Shown: positions 25,561 through 38,534 of the stretch, one piece after another | Layout of the letters: each line of letters starts with the position of its first letter | Numbering within the stretch: the stretch's first letter is position 1 | The notes under the pieces: generated by a model | What the model was told of the DNA's origin: nothing | Databases searched by the model: none | The model's input: only the letters and a program-made list of their open reading frames with translations | Assembly: GCF_001194135.2 (NCBI RefSeq) | Contig: NC_068990.1 | Location: 9,871,238 to 9,935,237, forward strand | Direction of reading: 5' to 3' | Length of the DNA stretch: 64,000 bases | Source: Octopus bimaculoides | Taxonomy: Eukaryota | Position numbers and translations under genes: made by a program

Positions 25561-28500
25561 ATATTCAATAGAAATTATAGACAAAGGATATTTTTATCAC
25601 GATGTTTCATAATGATCTCTCTATGTGTGTATACATACACATACCCACACACAAACACACACCCACAAACACACACACACAAACACACACATACACACGC
25701 ACACACACACACACACACATANNNNNNNNNNNNNNNNNNNNNNNNNNNNNNNNNNNNNNNNNNNNNNNNNNNNNNNNNNNNNNNNNNNNNNNNNNNNNNN
25801 NNNNNNNNNNNNNNNNNNNNNNNNNNNNNNNNNNNNNNNNNNNNNNNNNNNNNNNNNNNNNNNNNNNNNNNNNNNNNNNNNNNNNNNNNNNNNNNNNNNN
25901 NNNNNNNNNNNNNNNNNNNNNNNNNNNNNNNNNAGAGAGATGTAGTAAAAAATGATTAAAGGTTGGTTTTCGACAGATATATTACTAGAAACCGAAGCCT
26001 AAAAATATAAATAATATTTTTGGAGATAATCAATTTTTCTATTCATAGGAAGTTTTCTTTTTGTTTTTTGTTTTTCAAACCGAATTTGTGTTGATTTTCA
26101 ATATATATTTGATTCTTTTACTTGATTTCTGTATCACATCTAACAAATTATTTTGTTTGTACTATTAACAAAAAAGAAGGAAAATTTGTATTAAGTTTCT
26201 GGCGAACGATTTCACAGAGGTAATATCGTTTATTTATCAATGTCCGAGTCTCACCGTCTATAAATAGAGACTGTGCTCTTGGTAGGATTATACCGTGTGT
26301 TTCCTAGACGTGTCTACTCTTCCGTAGTAATCACATCGTATCCCTTGTTATTCTGTGGATGATTTGCCACAATATCTCAGTGGTCAGATAATATGCATAC
26401 TAGCATTTAGTTTCATGACTCCATTGTCTAATATCCCATCCCGCAGGGCTGATAAAATGCGTCATGTTGCCTTGAGGAACCTATTATGATATCAATTTCT
26501 GAATAGATGTAGATCGATTTTATCATACCTCGGTTTCATTACCACAAATGCATCAACTGTACATTCTCTACGCTTCATGGTGTCATTTGGAAAATACTCT
26601 TTTGAAACGTATATCATATGTAATAAATGAACACCGAATAACTTTGCCTGAATTAAGAATATGTCAGCCTGCTCCAGAAAAAACTCAATGTTCTACATGT
26701 TATTTTACAATGTTGCATTATATCAATTACCTTTTTAACTATATCTACCTTGATCCATGAGTCGCAATAAAAGCACGTCGAATAACTAAATATACGTGGA
26801 TAATATAATTAATTGCAGTCCGAATTTCACCCATAGAAGAGGGGTTTATTATCTTTCGCAGTTCACCTACAGCCAAATGCAGTGACATCGGAGTTTTAGA
26901 GGAGTTATGTACAGATAGGACTGACCAAACTACATTTATATAGTCTGTATTTTGCTTTAAGTAACGTGTGGTACTTCACTTATGAAAATACATTACTTAG
27001 TGCTAAGATTCCTAAGAAATATAATCCATAGTTATTTATGGTCAATGAACATCTGAACCAGATGACACGAAATGAAGAGCACTTTATCTATATATTTGCA
27101 CTTAATGTGTGGAGAAAAATGGAATCTTCTTTGAGCTAGAGCAAATTGTTTTGCACTTTTAAATGAAAACTTCTAGCTATACATGATTTGTCACGCCCTA
27201 CAAAAGAACATTTCAAAAAAAAAATATTGACAACGTATGGTTAAGTGTGCTGCAACAACAAAAGAAAAAGAAACAAACTAACTTAGAAATATATGTTTGT
27301 TCTATTTCGCCAATCGTATATTACAAACAAAAGAAAAAAAATTAGGAATATAAGACAAATTTTGCTATTTGTAAATATTACAAATAGCAAAAAATGTATT
27401 CAAGCCAAATTTTCATTATATAGATATAAAATTTAACAATCCCAGTTTTAGAAAAAAAGTGTCATGAAACCCCTTATATAGTATTACTTACAAATCGGTA
27501 AAGGATGTATGTAAAATGTATCTTCGCAAATTCTGATTTCAGACAATTTGATGAAGTAAAATTTCTAAACAACACAGAAATTAATGATTCCACCCAATGT
27601 GGTATCACCGATGTTTAAGTCAGAGAGCCTTAAGAGTACTAGCAGAATCTGATGCTAAAAGAAATGCATATAAATTCGCATTTGTTGGTAACGGTCACTG
27701 AAAGCAATTACGAAAGAAGTGTGCTTCTTATTTATTTACAGTGGATGCGGAGACTATATTTTTCAATTACATTTTATGACAAGTTTCCTAAATGGCTTAT
27801 TCAGACATGAAAGAAGAATGTACATTTCTTGTTTACAGGGTTTGCGTGACTAGCAACGGCACAAAAAGGAAAAAATTATGTCACAAGATATAGCCATAAA
27901 AATAACTTACAAAGTTATTCAGTTGTAATGACATTTGGTTTGAATGCTAGTGCGTCCATAAACAGACAACCATTAAGAGCAATCAAACATCTGATAAAGT
28001 GTGGAATATATGAAGTCAAATATTAATGCTTTCATTGAAGGAGCTTCTATGCATATTTCAGTCTGTCCTTATCCTCTGGTATTTCATGTTGTGGGATCGA
28101 ATCCACTGTCCAGCTAATTCCTAACTACAGATGCGAGACTGCGAAGTAGCGATAGTCTGATTTCCATTCTTTCGCTTCAAGTTTATTTTACATTCAATTA
28201 TATGAAACATAACATTTTGTTCGATAGCAAAGTGACAGGGGCAAATACTGCTGCTAGATGCACTAACAATTATTTTATATTAAGAAACAAGGAAAGCAAG
28301 GAGCCAATAATGTTTCCTATCCAATTATACGCATAACATTATACTTTGAAATATTTAGTTCCATTCGAAAACGTCAGGGGGTTAATATATGAATTTAGCC
28401 GTTTCTTTCTCTGTGCCTTCAGACATTTTAAAAATAGATACCCAAAAAATTGTCACTAAAGATTAGGCACGACCGGAAAGTACTATACTTTATGAATTTT

Positions 28501-28589
28501 GATTAATTAAAATATTTATATTATATAACCTTGTATTATGAGGTTATAATTATTTTTGTCATTGCCAAGGGTGTAATATATTAGTTATG

Positions 28590-28975
28590 GCTTACTTATG
28601 CAAAAGTTGCCTATTCCCTATATTGCATTGAATGTAATTGGAATTCCCATTTCTACATTTAATCTTCGCAGTTTCTATGTTTTCTTGACTTCAAAATTTA
28701 TAAGATTTTTTAGACAATATTCTACATTTGTACATAATGAATTCAACGTACTTCTGCATCAATGTGTAACATCACTTGGTTCCTTGAGTAAGTTCTTTAT
28801 TTCCATCTTATTTGAAGCGTCGCACAATACTTCATCTAATTTACTTGCAATAGATTTATTAGACCGTTTGAAATCTAACATAGTAACGTGAGTCTGGTAT
28901 TACAATGCATTACTTTACACTCAGAATCCATATATCTGAAAGTAATTTTACGTTTCCGACTTTCATTTCTTTCCA
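28590..28975 (-). mobile_element. possible decayed pogo/Tigger transposase N-terminus (HTH regions)
   Basis: MERNESRKRKIT..., LDFKRSNKSIASKL and RLNVEMGIPITFNAI resemble psq/CENP-B-type HTH segments; stops and a frameshift are present. Confidence 0.3.
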
Positions 28976-30746
28976 TGGTCTAAGGCGAAACGTACGTAAG
29001 TATAAAATTGCACGTGATATATATATATTATATTATATTATATTGTATATTATTTTACACTGAGTGCAGAACAAGATGCTTGCAAAAATTCTTACTAACC
29101 TATACACAGATAATTGACGACTACAAAACCCTTCGGAGGTTCCGTACAAAGCGACATTACGCTGGAACAATACACATGTGTATGTTTTATTCTCCTCACA
29201 CTTTCAATACCATTATCTGCAGGGTATATCGTCAATATTACAAAAGCAATGCAGCCCGTCCTATTCTCAGGAACAACAACACTATTTGACGATGCCAAAT
29301 TTATCCTATAGCATTAAGTTCAATCAACTGAAAGGTGATGTAGGTAGTCTGTAACCACAAGCTGTTCAAGCAATATTGCTTCTATAAAAAACGCAAAAAC
29401 AACACTAAATATATGATCAAGTAAACCTTATTTCCATGAATCCCAAGATAATATGAAAGTCAAGCAATGTTTTCTGTAATTAAGTTCGTGCATAATTTTA
29501 GAATATTCTATTGCTGAATTTATGATATTATTTGTATATGAAGTCATTTATAATTTCTATGAATTTTAATAGCAGAATCTATAAAGTTATTTTAGATAAT
29601 ATATTCAATTTGTCGATGTTCAAGAGACATACATCTTTGCATGAATGTGTGTCCATTATATAACATCAGTGAGCTCCTTGTGTCACATTATTTCACTAAT
29701 ATTTGATACGTTATGTAATACTGTTCCTATACATGATATTGTATATTGCGGTAGTCAAAGGTTAACGTGGTGTAATGAATCCATTTGCAAAACTGATCTA
29801 GTGAAGAATGTAGGGCAGAAGTATTCCGACGAAGGATAGTTGAGAGGATAGGAAAGGATAGAAAAAGAGACATACATTAAGTGTTCAACTCTCCTCAACT
29901 TCTCTTTTTAGCTACTATTCTTCTTTGACCAGCATCAAGTATGATTGTTTATTCGACAGCAAATATATTTAAGCAATTACAATTATCTCTAAATGATTAT
30001 TTTTTTCAATTTTTTCGAGGTTAATATTGTTCAACCTTGTAAACCACTAGGTTCTGAAATTAACAATGTATATATGTATATATATATATATATATATATG
30101 CATGCATAGAGAGAAGCTTATACGTAGATACATAATGTGTACATATGGAGTTAAGCATGTGTGTGTATGTGCGTGCACCGCCTACTTCGACTACATCCAA
30201 TTCTGCTAACAAGTAAATTATATATACATACAGGAATTCTGTTTTCATATAAATAAATCAAAAATCCCAACAATCATCATTTACTGTAGAAATAAGAATT
30301 CTACACTAAAGCATACGAATTCTGACATGTTTTACTGCTTGTGGTTATATTTTCTTGTGAATATTTTGTTACATATTATAAACATTGACTCCTCTACATT
30401 GGTTTATTGTAATGGGCCAAATTCCGTGCCGGTCACTTTCCATACGCAGTGTACATCACATTAATATTGAAATTTATTGCTATTAATTTCTTTTTAGAAC
30501 TTGTTTTAAATAATTAGAATGTTGTCAGGCAAACTTTTATAGTTTGTCTGATTCAAGTCATATATTTAACGGAATATATTTAATATATTGATAATAAATG
30601 TAAAAAGGAAAATTATGTGTTATAGAATAACCATTTCCCAAAGGAATAATCATTGTTTTTGAAACGATTTATATATATAAATCTGATGCAATATTTATTT
30701 CTCAGAATTTTGCGCAGCATTAACAATCGTTTATTCATTAATGCAT

Positions 30747-30993
<247 letters not shown>

Positions 30994-31096
30994 NNNNNNN
31001 NNNNNNNNNNNNNNNNNNNNNTATCTATCTATCTATCTATATATATATATATATATATACGTGTATAAATACGCACACAGTTATATGTACATACAC

Positions 31097-31127
<31 letters not shown>

Positions 31128-31916
31128 CACATCTATATTTATATATGTGTGCCTTTGTGTGTTTATGTCTTTGAGTGTAGGTTGTTCTAAATATACATTA
31201 TTTCCAGATAAATTTCAAACAGTCAATCTAACTGTTGCCAAATCATTGAAACTTTTACTCAGGTGTATTGAAGTGGACTTTCAGTCAACCTTTCCACAAC
31301 ATTTTGAACTTCTAAGTCGTCATGAACGATTGAGAAAAAATTGTGATCGAATAGATACAGAGTATATTCTTGCTTGAACATTTTTTTTCAAAATGTATGC
31401 GAGTAGGTAAGAATAACAATCTATTATTAAATTTTATTGAGCTTTCATTGGAGTAGATTTACAGTATGCAAATTAAACGGGGAATGGTACTATAGAAAAC
31501 TAAATAAAAATCAATGCCGTTTCTCTGAAGAGATAATTATATTTTTACTGTCGCAATGGTGTTCGTAATGAGGGTAAATTTAAATGTTTCATGACAGTAA
31601 TATATCTCTATATTTTTCGGTGCTGTAAATGGTCGGACAAAAATATGAGATACTGCGCAAGGCCATATGCTGGAAAGATATTGGTTTTAGAAATTTAGTA
31701 TAAATTACGTCAAGAAATTATCTATATCCCAATTATAGTGTCGCGTTTTTTTTTTTATGAATGGATGCATTTAGTTTAACTATACATTGATATAGGAAAT
31801 ATTTACTACATTTTATGTCAATAAACCACTATTAATTCTGAAAGTTGTTTTTTTAATATCTTCTACGGACTGCTCGAATCTTACTTTCTTCATACACATT
31901 GAACCTTGTATATATA

Positions 31917-32290
31917 GGCGCAGGAGTGGCTGGGTGGTAAGCAGCTTGCTTACCAACCACATGGGGCAAGTGTCTTCTACTATAGCCTCGGGCAGACCAA
32001 AGACTTGTGAGTGGATTTGGTAGACGGAAGCTGAAAGAAACTAGTCGTATATATGTATATATATATATGTATATGTCTGTATATGTTGTGTGTCTGTGTT
32101 TGTCCCCCAACATCGCTTGACAACCAATGCCAGTGTGTTTACGTCCCCGTAACTTAGCGGTTCGGCAAACGAGATTGAGAGAATAAGTATAAGGCTTACA
32201 AAGAATAAGACCTGGGGTCGATTTTCTTCCACTAAAGGCGGTGCTCCAGCATGGCCGCAGTCAAATCACTGAGACAAGTAAAAGAAAATA
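31917..32290 (+). mobile_element. near full-length tRNA-derived SINE (Meta-domain-like centre, internal TA/TG microsatellite), B box deleted
   Basis: GGCGCAGGAGTGGCTGGGTGGTAAG head; TTGTGAGTGGATTTGGTAGACGGAAGCTGAAAGAA core; tail GTGCTCCAGCATGGCCGCAGTCAAAT...CAAGTAAAAGA. The domain name is from memory. Confidence 0.9.
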
Positions 32291-32298
32291 ATAAAAGA

Positions 32299-32355
<57 letters not shown>

Positions 32356-32418
32356 TATGGGGGGGGGTTGTGTGTGTGTGTGCGCGTGTGTATGTGTGTA
32401 AGTGTATTTACACGCTAC

Positions 32419-32610
32419 TATCGCTTGATAATCGGTTTGCTGTGTTTACATCCCTGTAACACAGCCGTTCGGCAAAAAAAAAGAAAAACTATAGAATAAG
32501 CGCCAGGCTTTTAAAAAACTATTAGTATTGCTGTCGATCTATCCGACTTAAACTTTTTCAATACAGTGCACCTGCATGGCCGCAGTCTACTGACTGAAAT
32601 AAGTAAAACA
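32419..32610 (+). mobile_element. diverged 3' half of the same SINE family
   Basis: ATCGCTTGATAATCGG...GTGTTTACATCCCTGTAAC...GCATGGCCGCAGTCTACTGACTGAAATAAGTAAAA parallels 32112-32285. Confidence 0.75.
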
Positions 32611-32836
32611 TAAATGATAGAAAAATTAAGTAGCAGCTCTTCCTGACCTATCCTAGCTATATATCAAATATAAAATAAAAAAAGGTACTGAGAATATACA
32701 GAATTTGTGCAACTATCCAGTAATTTATATACTTATTACCTGCCACAATAGTCTTACTACTTGGAACAGAGTTGGGTGCGCGCATGCAAAAGCATGCAGG
32801 TACACAGACTTGTAATCAATGTATTTCTAAACAAAT

Positions 32837-33059
32837 GCGGTGAGCTGGCAGAATTGTTAGCACGCCGGACGAAACGCTTAGCCGGATTTCGTCTGCTGCT
32901 ACGTTCCGAGTTCAAATTCCGCCAAGGTCGACTTAGCCTTTTTTTTCTTTTCGGCGTCGGTTAAATAAGTACCAGTTATGCACTGTAATCAGTGTAATCC
33001 CTTTGTCTGTCCTTGGTTGTCCCCTCTATGTTTAGTCACCCGTGGGCAATAAAGAATTA
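32837..33059 (+). mobile_element. full-length tRNA-derived SINE (Nin-domain-like) with 12-bp target-site duplication
   Basis: A-box-like TGGCAGAATTGTTAG, B box GAGTTCAAATTCC; TATTTCTAAACA on both sides (32822-32833 and 33060-33071). Confidence 0.9.
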
Positions 33060-33860
33060 TATTTCTAAACACCCCGTTGTTAAATACGTTTCCAATGTGC
33101 ACTTGGTCTGAACATTAAATTCTAGAAATTGAAAAGGGTAGACCCGATTCAGCTTCATAGATATGTAAACTTTAGAATAACATATATATAAAGTAAATTA
33201 TGATTTTTGAAAATGATATAACATTAAAAATCATTTAAACCTTTGATGCACCATGCTATTTTAAGAATTATTACGGTCTTTCTATTAACATTAGATAACG
33301 TATTCAATATGTTTCTTTTTTTTGTGGGGTGGAGGGCAATATATAAAAGAGATAAGGAGTATCCTTTATAGATACGTTCATACATAAAAGCATACGATCA
33401 TACACACGTGCATACATGCAAACATGTATACATACATACATATGTACATACGTACATAGATACATAAATGCATGCATATGTATATATACATATGTACGTA
33501 CATACATGCATATATACATAGATGCATGCATATGTGTATATACATACGTGCATACATAGACACACACACATACATACATACATACATACATATATACATA
33601 CATATATACATACACACATACATACATATACATGCATATATAAGCGCATTACTATAAAATAATTCGAGAAGATGTGTTTCTTAACAATACAATAAAGCAA
33701 ACCTCTCGGCGTACGCCATATTAATTGGATTCATAGAGAATTTATAAACTAGTGTGGGGATTACCATTTAAAATCCCCTGGCTGAGCAAATTCTCAAAAT
33801 CCAATACGCATGTGGAGAAAAATCAGTAGCACATAAAGACTAATGAAGAGCTTCCCTTAT

Positions 33861-33900
33861 TATATAAAAGGGACAGCCACGGTCACTGTGTGGAGTCCAC
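33861..33900 (+). promoter_or_regulatory. candidate TATA core promoter
   Basis: TATATAAAAGGG followed by GC-richer sequence; CCAAT/ATTGG upstream (~33726, ~33801). Motif only; such motifs are common by chance here. Confidence 0.15.
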
Positions 33901-34085
33901 TTTAGACACACGTAGCCACATACTTATAGCACACAGTTTTCTTTGCCATACGGACTCCGTCAATGACCGACTTGTCTTTTAAATATTTACGTAAATACCA
34001 AAGAAATCAAATAAACATAAACAAGCATACAAACAGATATACATACATACAAAATAATATATAAATAGCTGTAAATATACATACC

Positions 34086-34145
<60 letters not shown>

Positions 34146-35196
34146 NNNNNNNNNNNNNNNNNNNNNNNNNNNNNNNNNNNNNNNNNNNNNNNNNNNNNNN
34201 NNNNNNNNNNNNNNNNNNNNNNNNNNNNNNNNNNNNNNNNNNNNNNNNNNNNNNNNNNNNNNNNNNNNNNNNNNNNNNNNNNNNNNNNNNNNNNNNNNNN
34301 NNNNNNNNNNNNNNNNNNNNNNNNNNNNNNNNNNNNNNNNNNNNNNNNNNNNNNNNNNNNNNNNNNNNNNNNNNNNNNNNNNNNNNNNNNNNNNNNNNNN
34401 NNNNNNNNNNNNNNNNNNNNNNNNNNNNNNNNNNNNNNNNNNNNNNNNNNNNNNNNNNNNNNNNNNNNNNNNNNNNNNNNNNNNNNNNNNNNNNNNNNNN
34501 NNNNNNNNNNNNNNNNNNNNNNNNNNNNNNNNNNNNNNNNNNNNNNNNNNNNNNNNNNNNNNNNNNNNNNNNNNNNNNNNNNNNNNNNNNNNNNNNNNNN
34601 NNNNNNNNNNNNNNNNNNNNNNNNNNNNNNNNNNNNNNNNNNNNNNNNNNNNNNNNNNNNNNNNNNNNNNNNNNNNNNNNNNNNNNNNNNNNNNNNNNNN
34701 NNNNNNNNNNNNNNNNNNNNNNNNNNNNNNNNNNNNNNNNNNNNNNNNNNNNNNNNNNNNNNNNNNNNNNNNNNNNNNNNNNNNNNNNNNNNNNNNNNNN
34801 NNNNNNNNNNNNNNNNNNNNNNNNNNNNNNNNNNNNNNNNNNNNNNNNNNNNNNNNNNNNNNNNNNNNNNNNNNNNNNNNNNNNNNNNNNNNNNNNNNNN
34901 NNNNNNNNNNNNNNNNNNNNNNNNNNNNNNNNNNNNNNNNNNNNNNNNNNNNNNNNNNNNNNNNNNNNNNNNNNNNNNNNNNNNNNNNNNNNNNNNNNNN
35001 NNNNNNNNNNNNATATATAGGTGAGAAAGTTGGTATGTGAAAGTACGTGGTTGGATGTATAAAAGATAAACAAGTGTGAAAAAAATTACACAAGGCTTGT
35101 TTTACATGGTTAAAGTATACATTTAAATTGTTATGTCAGAAACATGTTATAAAATTTATATATATATGCGTGTTTGTGTGTGTGTACACACCTATG

Positions 35197-35249
<53 letters not shown>

Positions 35250-36873
35250 TCATCTATCTATCTATATATAAAAACCTTTATATAAGCATGTGTTATTCCA
35301 TGTTTTTGTGCGCGTTTCGACATATATTTTTATGGGTGATTAAATTCCCGATGCGAATCACATTAATTTTTGTTGGATTCTTGATTTTACAATCTTTATA
35401 TCTAATATGAATAATATGAAACTTCCAATATCTGCTGCTTTGGTATGTTTCTCGCAATGGAGATTTCTTATTAACAGCAATTTAATAGGCTTCAATGAAG
35501 CTTACATGCTGCCCCTTTTTGGAAGATTAACGCAGTATTATGAATATTGCTAATTCTATACAGATGGTGTAGTAAGCCGCTGCACGAGTATTACATGTTT
35601 ATATTTAGTGAAACTAACTTTCGAGTAATCACATCTATTTAAACAAGCAAGCAGAGAAGGCCCGAAAGTGAGAGGACAAATGAGAATGTGTAATGAAAGA
35701 CCGGAAATGCGTGGGCGATTGAGAGAGGGAAAGAGAGAGAGAGAGAGATGGGGGAGAGATGGAGGGCTAGTGAGAGAGAGAAATAGATATAAATTGATAT
35801 AGAGAGAGAGACGCTTGAGAGATGCTTCTATATATTTTATGTGAATAGAATTTAGTATCTATATATTTGGGGGAAGAGCTGGAATTTGATACTTAACGTT
35901 ATAAATTTGTTTTTATTTACTGCATCATAAGCATCGGAAGCAAAAGTGTAGGATTTATACTTGCTAGCGATGATAGCCTGCGCCCTTTCGAAGGGAATGA
36001 AGGATAAAAGCTTTTACGTTGTTATTTTTTTTACGGTTATACCTAGGTTTCGAATTTTATTTAGAAAATAAGATAATTTGCCAGGTGAAATTCCCATCAG
36101 TAACCATGACATAACATTGGCATATAAGTTAGAGACAAATAACAACTGTCTCATCATTATATGTTATAATTCTTCAAATTCATCCCACAAGCGCAGTTTC
36201 AATAGGCAGCAAATGAAAAATATATATGATTGTCTCTGTGTCTATATGTGCGTGACAATGTGCGTTTCTGCGCGCGTGCAAGGTATTGTCACAATGTACA
36301 TGTGGCAACTATTGCGTCACCACGGAATCAAGGCAAGAACACGAATAGCGACGATTATGTTAGTGACAGATGAAAAGAACTCAATCTGATTATAGGCGAA
36401 AAGAAGTGACAGCTGTAATTGAAATGTAATCCAGGAAGCCACTAGATAAAGTGGGAAGGGACATATAAGGACTCGACAAAATAGTAGTAGGCGTTTCTAT
36501 CCGCGTGTTACCATTACACCAAGTTACTAAGTGTGTTACCGTTCCCCAGCGAACCAGCCAGCTCCTTTCTGTCAAATTTAAGAACTATATTATTTCGGAA
36601 TTCTTTTTTGTGAACAAACTTATATGTGCTTTCGGTGCGAATGGTTATATTATACGGTGCCGACTTTCACTATCCTGCAAATCTATACGATAATGGAGAA
36701 AGCTGCTTCTTAATTAGGTATGTAACAATTAATAAAAGTACTGAAAGGAAGTAATAATTAAAAGTCTTTTCGTCTGGAAATATTTTAATAAATCCATTTT
36801 CTAAGAAATTTCCTGTAATTTCCATTTCTCAAGATTATTGCATTTTTTAACTAAAATTTCTCGCACATTTAAG

Positions 36874-37254
36874 TATTCTTTTCTACTTTAGGCACAAGGC
36901 CCGAAATTTTGGGGGAGGTAGCCAGATGATTAGATCGAACTCAGTACGCAACTGGTACTTAATTTATCGACCCCGAAAGGAAAAGTCGACCTCGGAGGAA
37001 TTTGAACTCAGAATGTAAAGACAGTCGAAATACCGCTAAGTATTACGCCCACAAAAGGCTAAACATAGAGGGGACAAACAAGGACAGACAAAGGAATTAA
37101 GTCGATTACATCGACCCCAGTGCGTAACTGGTATTTAATTTATCCAACACAATAGGATGAAAGGCAAAGTCGACCTCGGCTAAATTTGAACTCAGAACGT
37201 AACGGCAAACGAAATACCGGAAAGCATTTCGCCCAGCGTGCTAATGTTTCTGCC
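36874..37254 (-). mobile_element. head-to-tail dimer of two Nin-domain-like SINEs with different 3' tails
   Basis: Two GAGTTCAAAT B boxes and two GTCGAC...AGTACCAGTT-like cores; the junction at ~37047-37050 shares GGGC. Confidence 0.9.
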
Positions 37255-38102
37255 ATGCATTCACTGCGGAATTTTTTATTTCCAAAGTCTCTCACTTTCT
37301 CTTTCAAGTTTTAATTCACTATTAATGTATACGTAAGGTAAACATATTATTTATTGAATGAAAGTTTTTTAAATACCCATATTTTTTTGAACGCAGGAGA
37401 GCTGTGAGAAGAGCCTAGAAGGGTGGGTAATTAGTATTAGAAAACGAGGAGAATAAAACAAAATGTTACCGACGAGTACACGAAACTGGCACCTTATTCA
37501 GTTTCCAAGCACAACTTCAACAGTAACACACACACACACACGCTCACACACACACATACCGCCACACACACACACACACACAATACACACTCGCACACAC
37601 ACATGGATACACATACACATATTAAAAGCAATGAATGTGTTTGTGCGTGTGTGTGTGTGCGTGCGCGCTGTTCATGGACAAAACTTCGTGCTGCATCACT
37701 TTTGAGAAGTTTCTGTAGTGAACAGGTCGCAGTTTTAAAGAGACGAAAATATTTTCACACAAATGACGTTTAAATGTTGAAGTAAAAATAACGGTATTTG
37801 TGTGTTCTTGAATAGTTTACAAACATCTTCTACGCTGCAATTGTTTTTGTTTCATCACACGATCTCAAACCAAATCACTTGCTTTGCAAGTACATCTCCA
37901 TAAATTCTTAAATTCACTGTGGAAAATGCCAGGAATGACCTGCTCAAGCTTTCCAATATTTTTATTTCTAACCAGAAACAATCGGAGGCAGGGAGTGGGG
38001 TTGCCAAAAATTTATAATTTCTCAAATTTTCTTTGGATGTGCTAGAAAGGACAGCCAAATGGCACTTAAATCACTTTTGCCGCTGAAAATATTCTAGGCG
38101 TA

Positions 38103-38172
38103 GTTTATAGGCGTAGAAGGTTGTAGATTATAGGCCTAGTTTATAGGCGTACAACCTTCTAGGCCTATAAAC
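38103..38172. repeat. 23-bp inverted repeat (1 mismatch) with 24-bp spacer
   Basis: GTTTATAGGCGTAGAAGGTTGTA (38103-38125) versus TACAACCTTCTAGGCCTATAAAC (38150-38172). Confidence 0.95.
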
Positions 38173-38534
38173 GAGTCTTTTCCCATGCTTTTCGATAAGC
38201 TGTAAAAAGTTACTTTATAATTCTCGGTTAGTATCTAGGATTGTTATGATTGCGAATAAAAACCAAGTCATAAAGCAGGTAAAAATCCAGGCTACATAGG
38301 AAAATCTAAGTTAATGAAATTTAAGTATGTTACATCATAGGATCTCTATTAGATTAATATAATTTGAATCTGATAATGATGCTGGTATTTAGCTGTTCTG
38401 AAAATAATGGCCGATTTCAGAAACATAATTTTATTCTGGAAAAATTATCAATAGAAATGTTTTGAATAGTCAAAATATGAACCATGAAAATCTATGCATC
38501 TCTGCCATCGATCAACAAGATTATTTATGCCACG

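Noticed and set aside
26258-26267. Perfect MEF2/TATA site CTATAAATAG
   Set aside because: Several such sites are expected by chance at this AT content.
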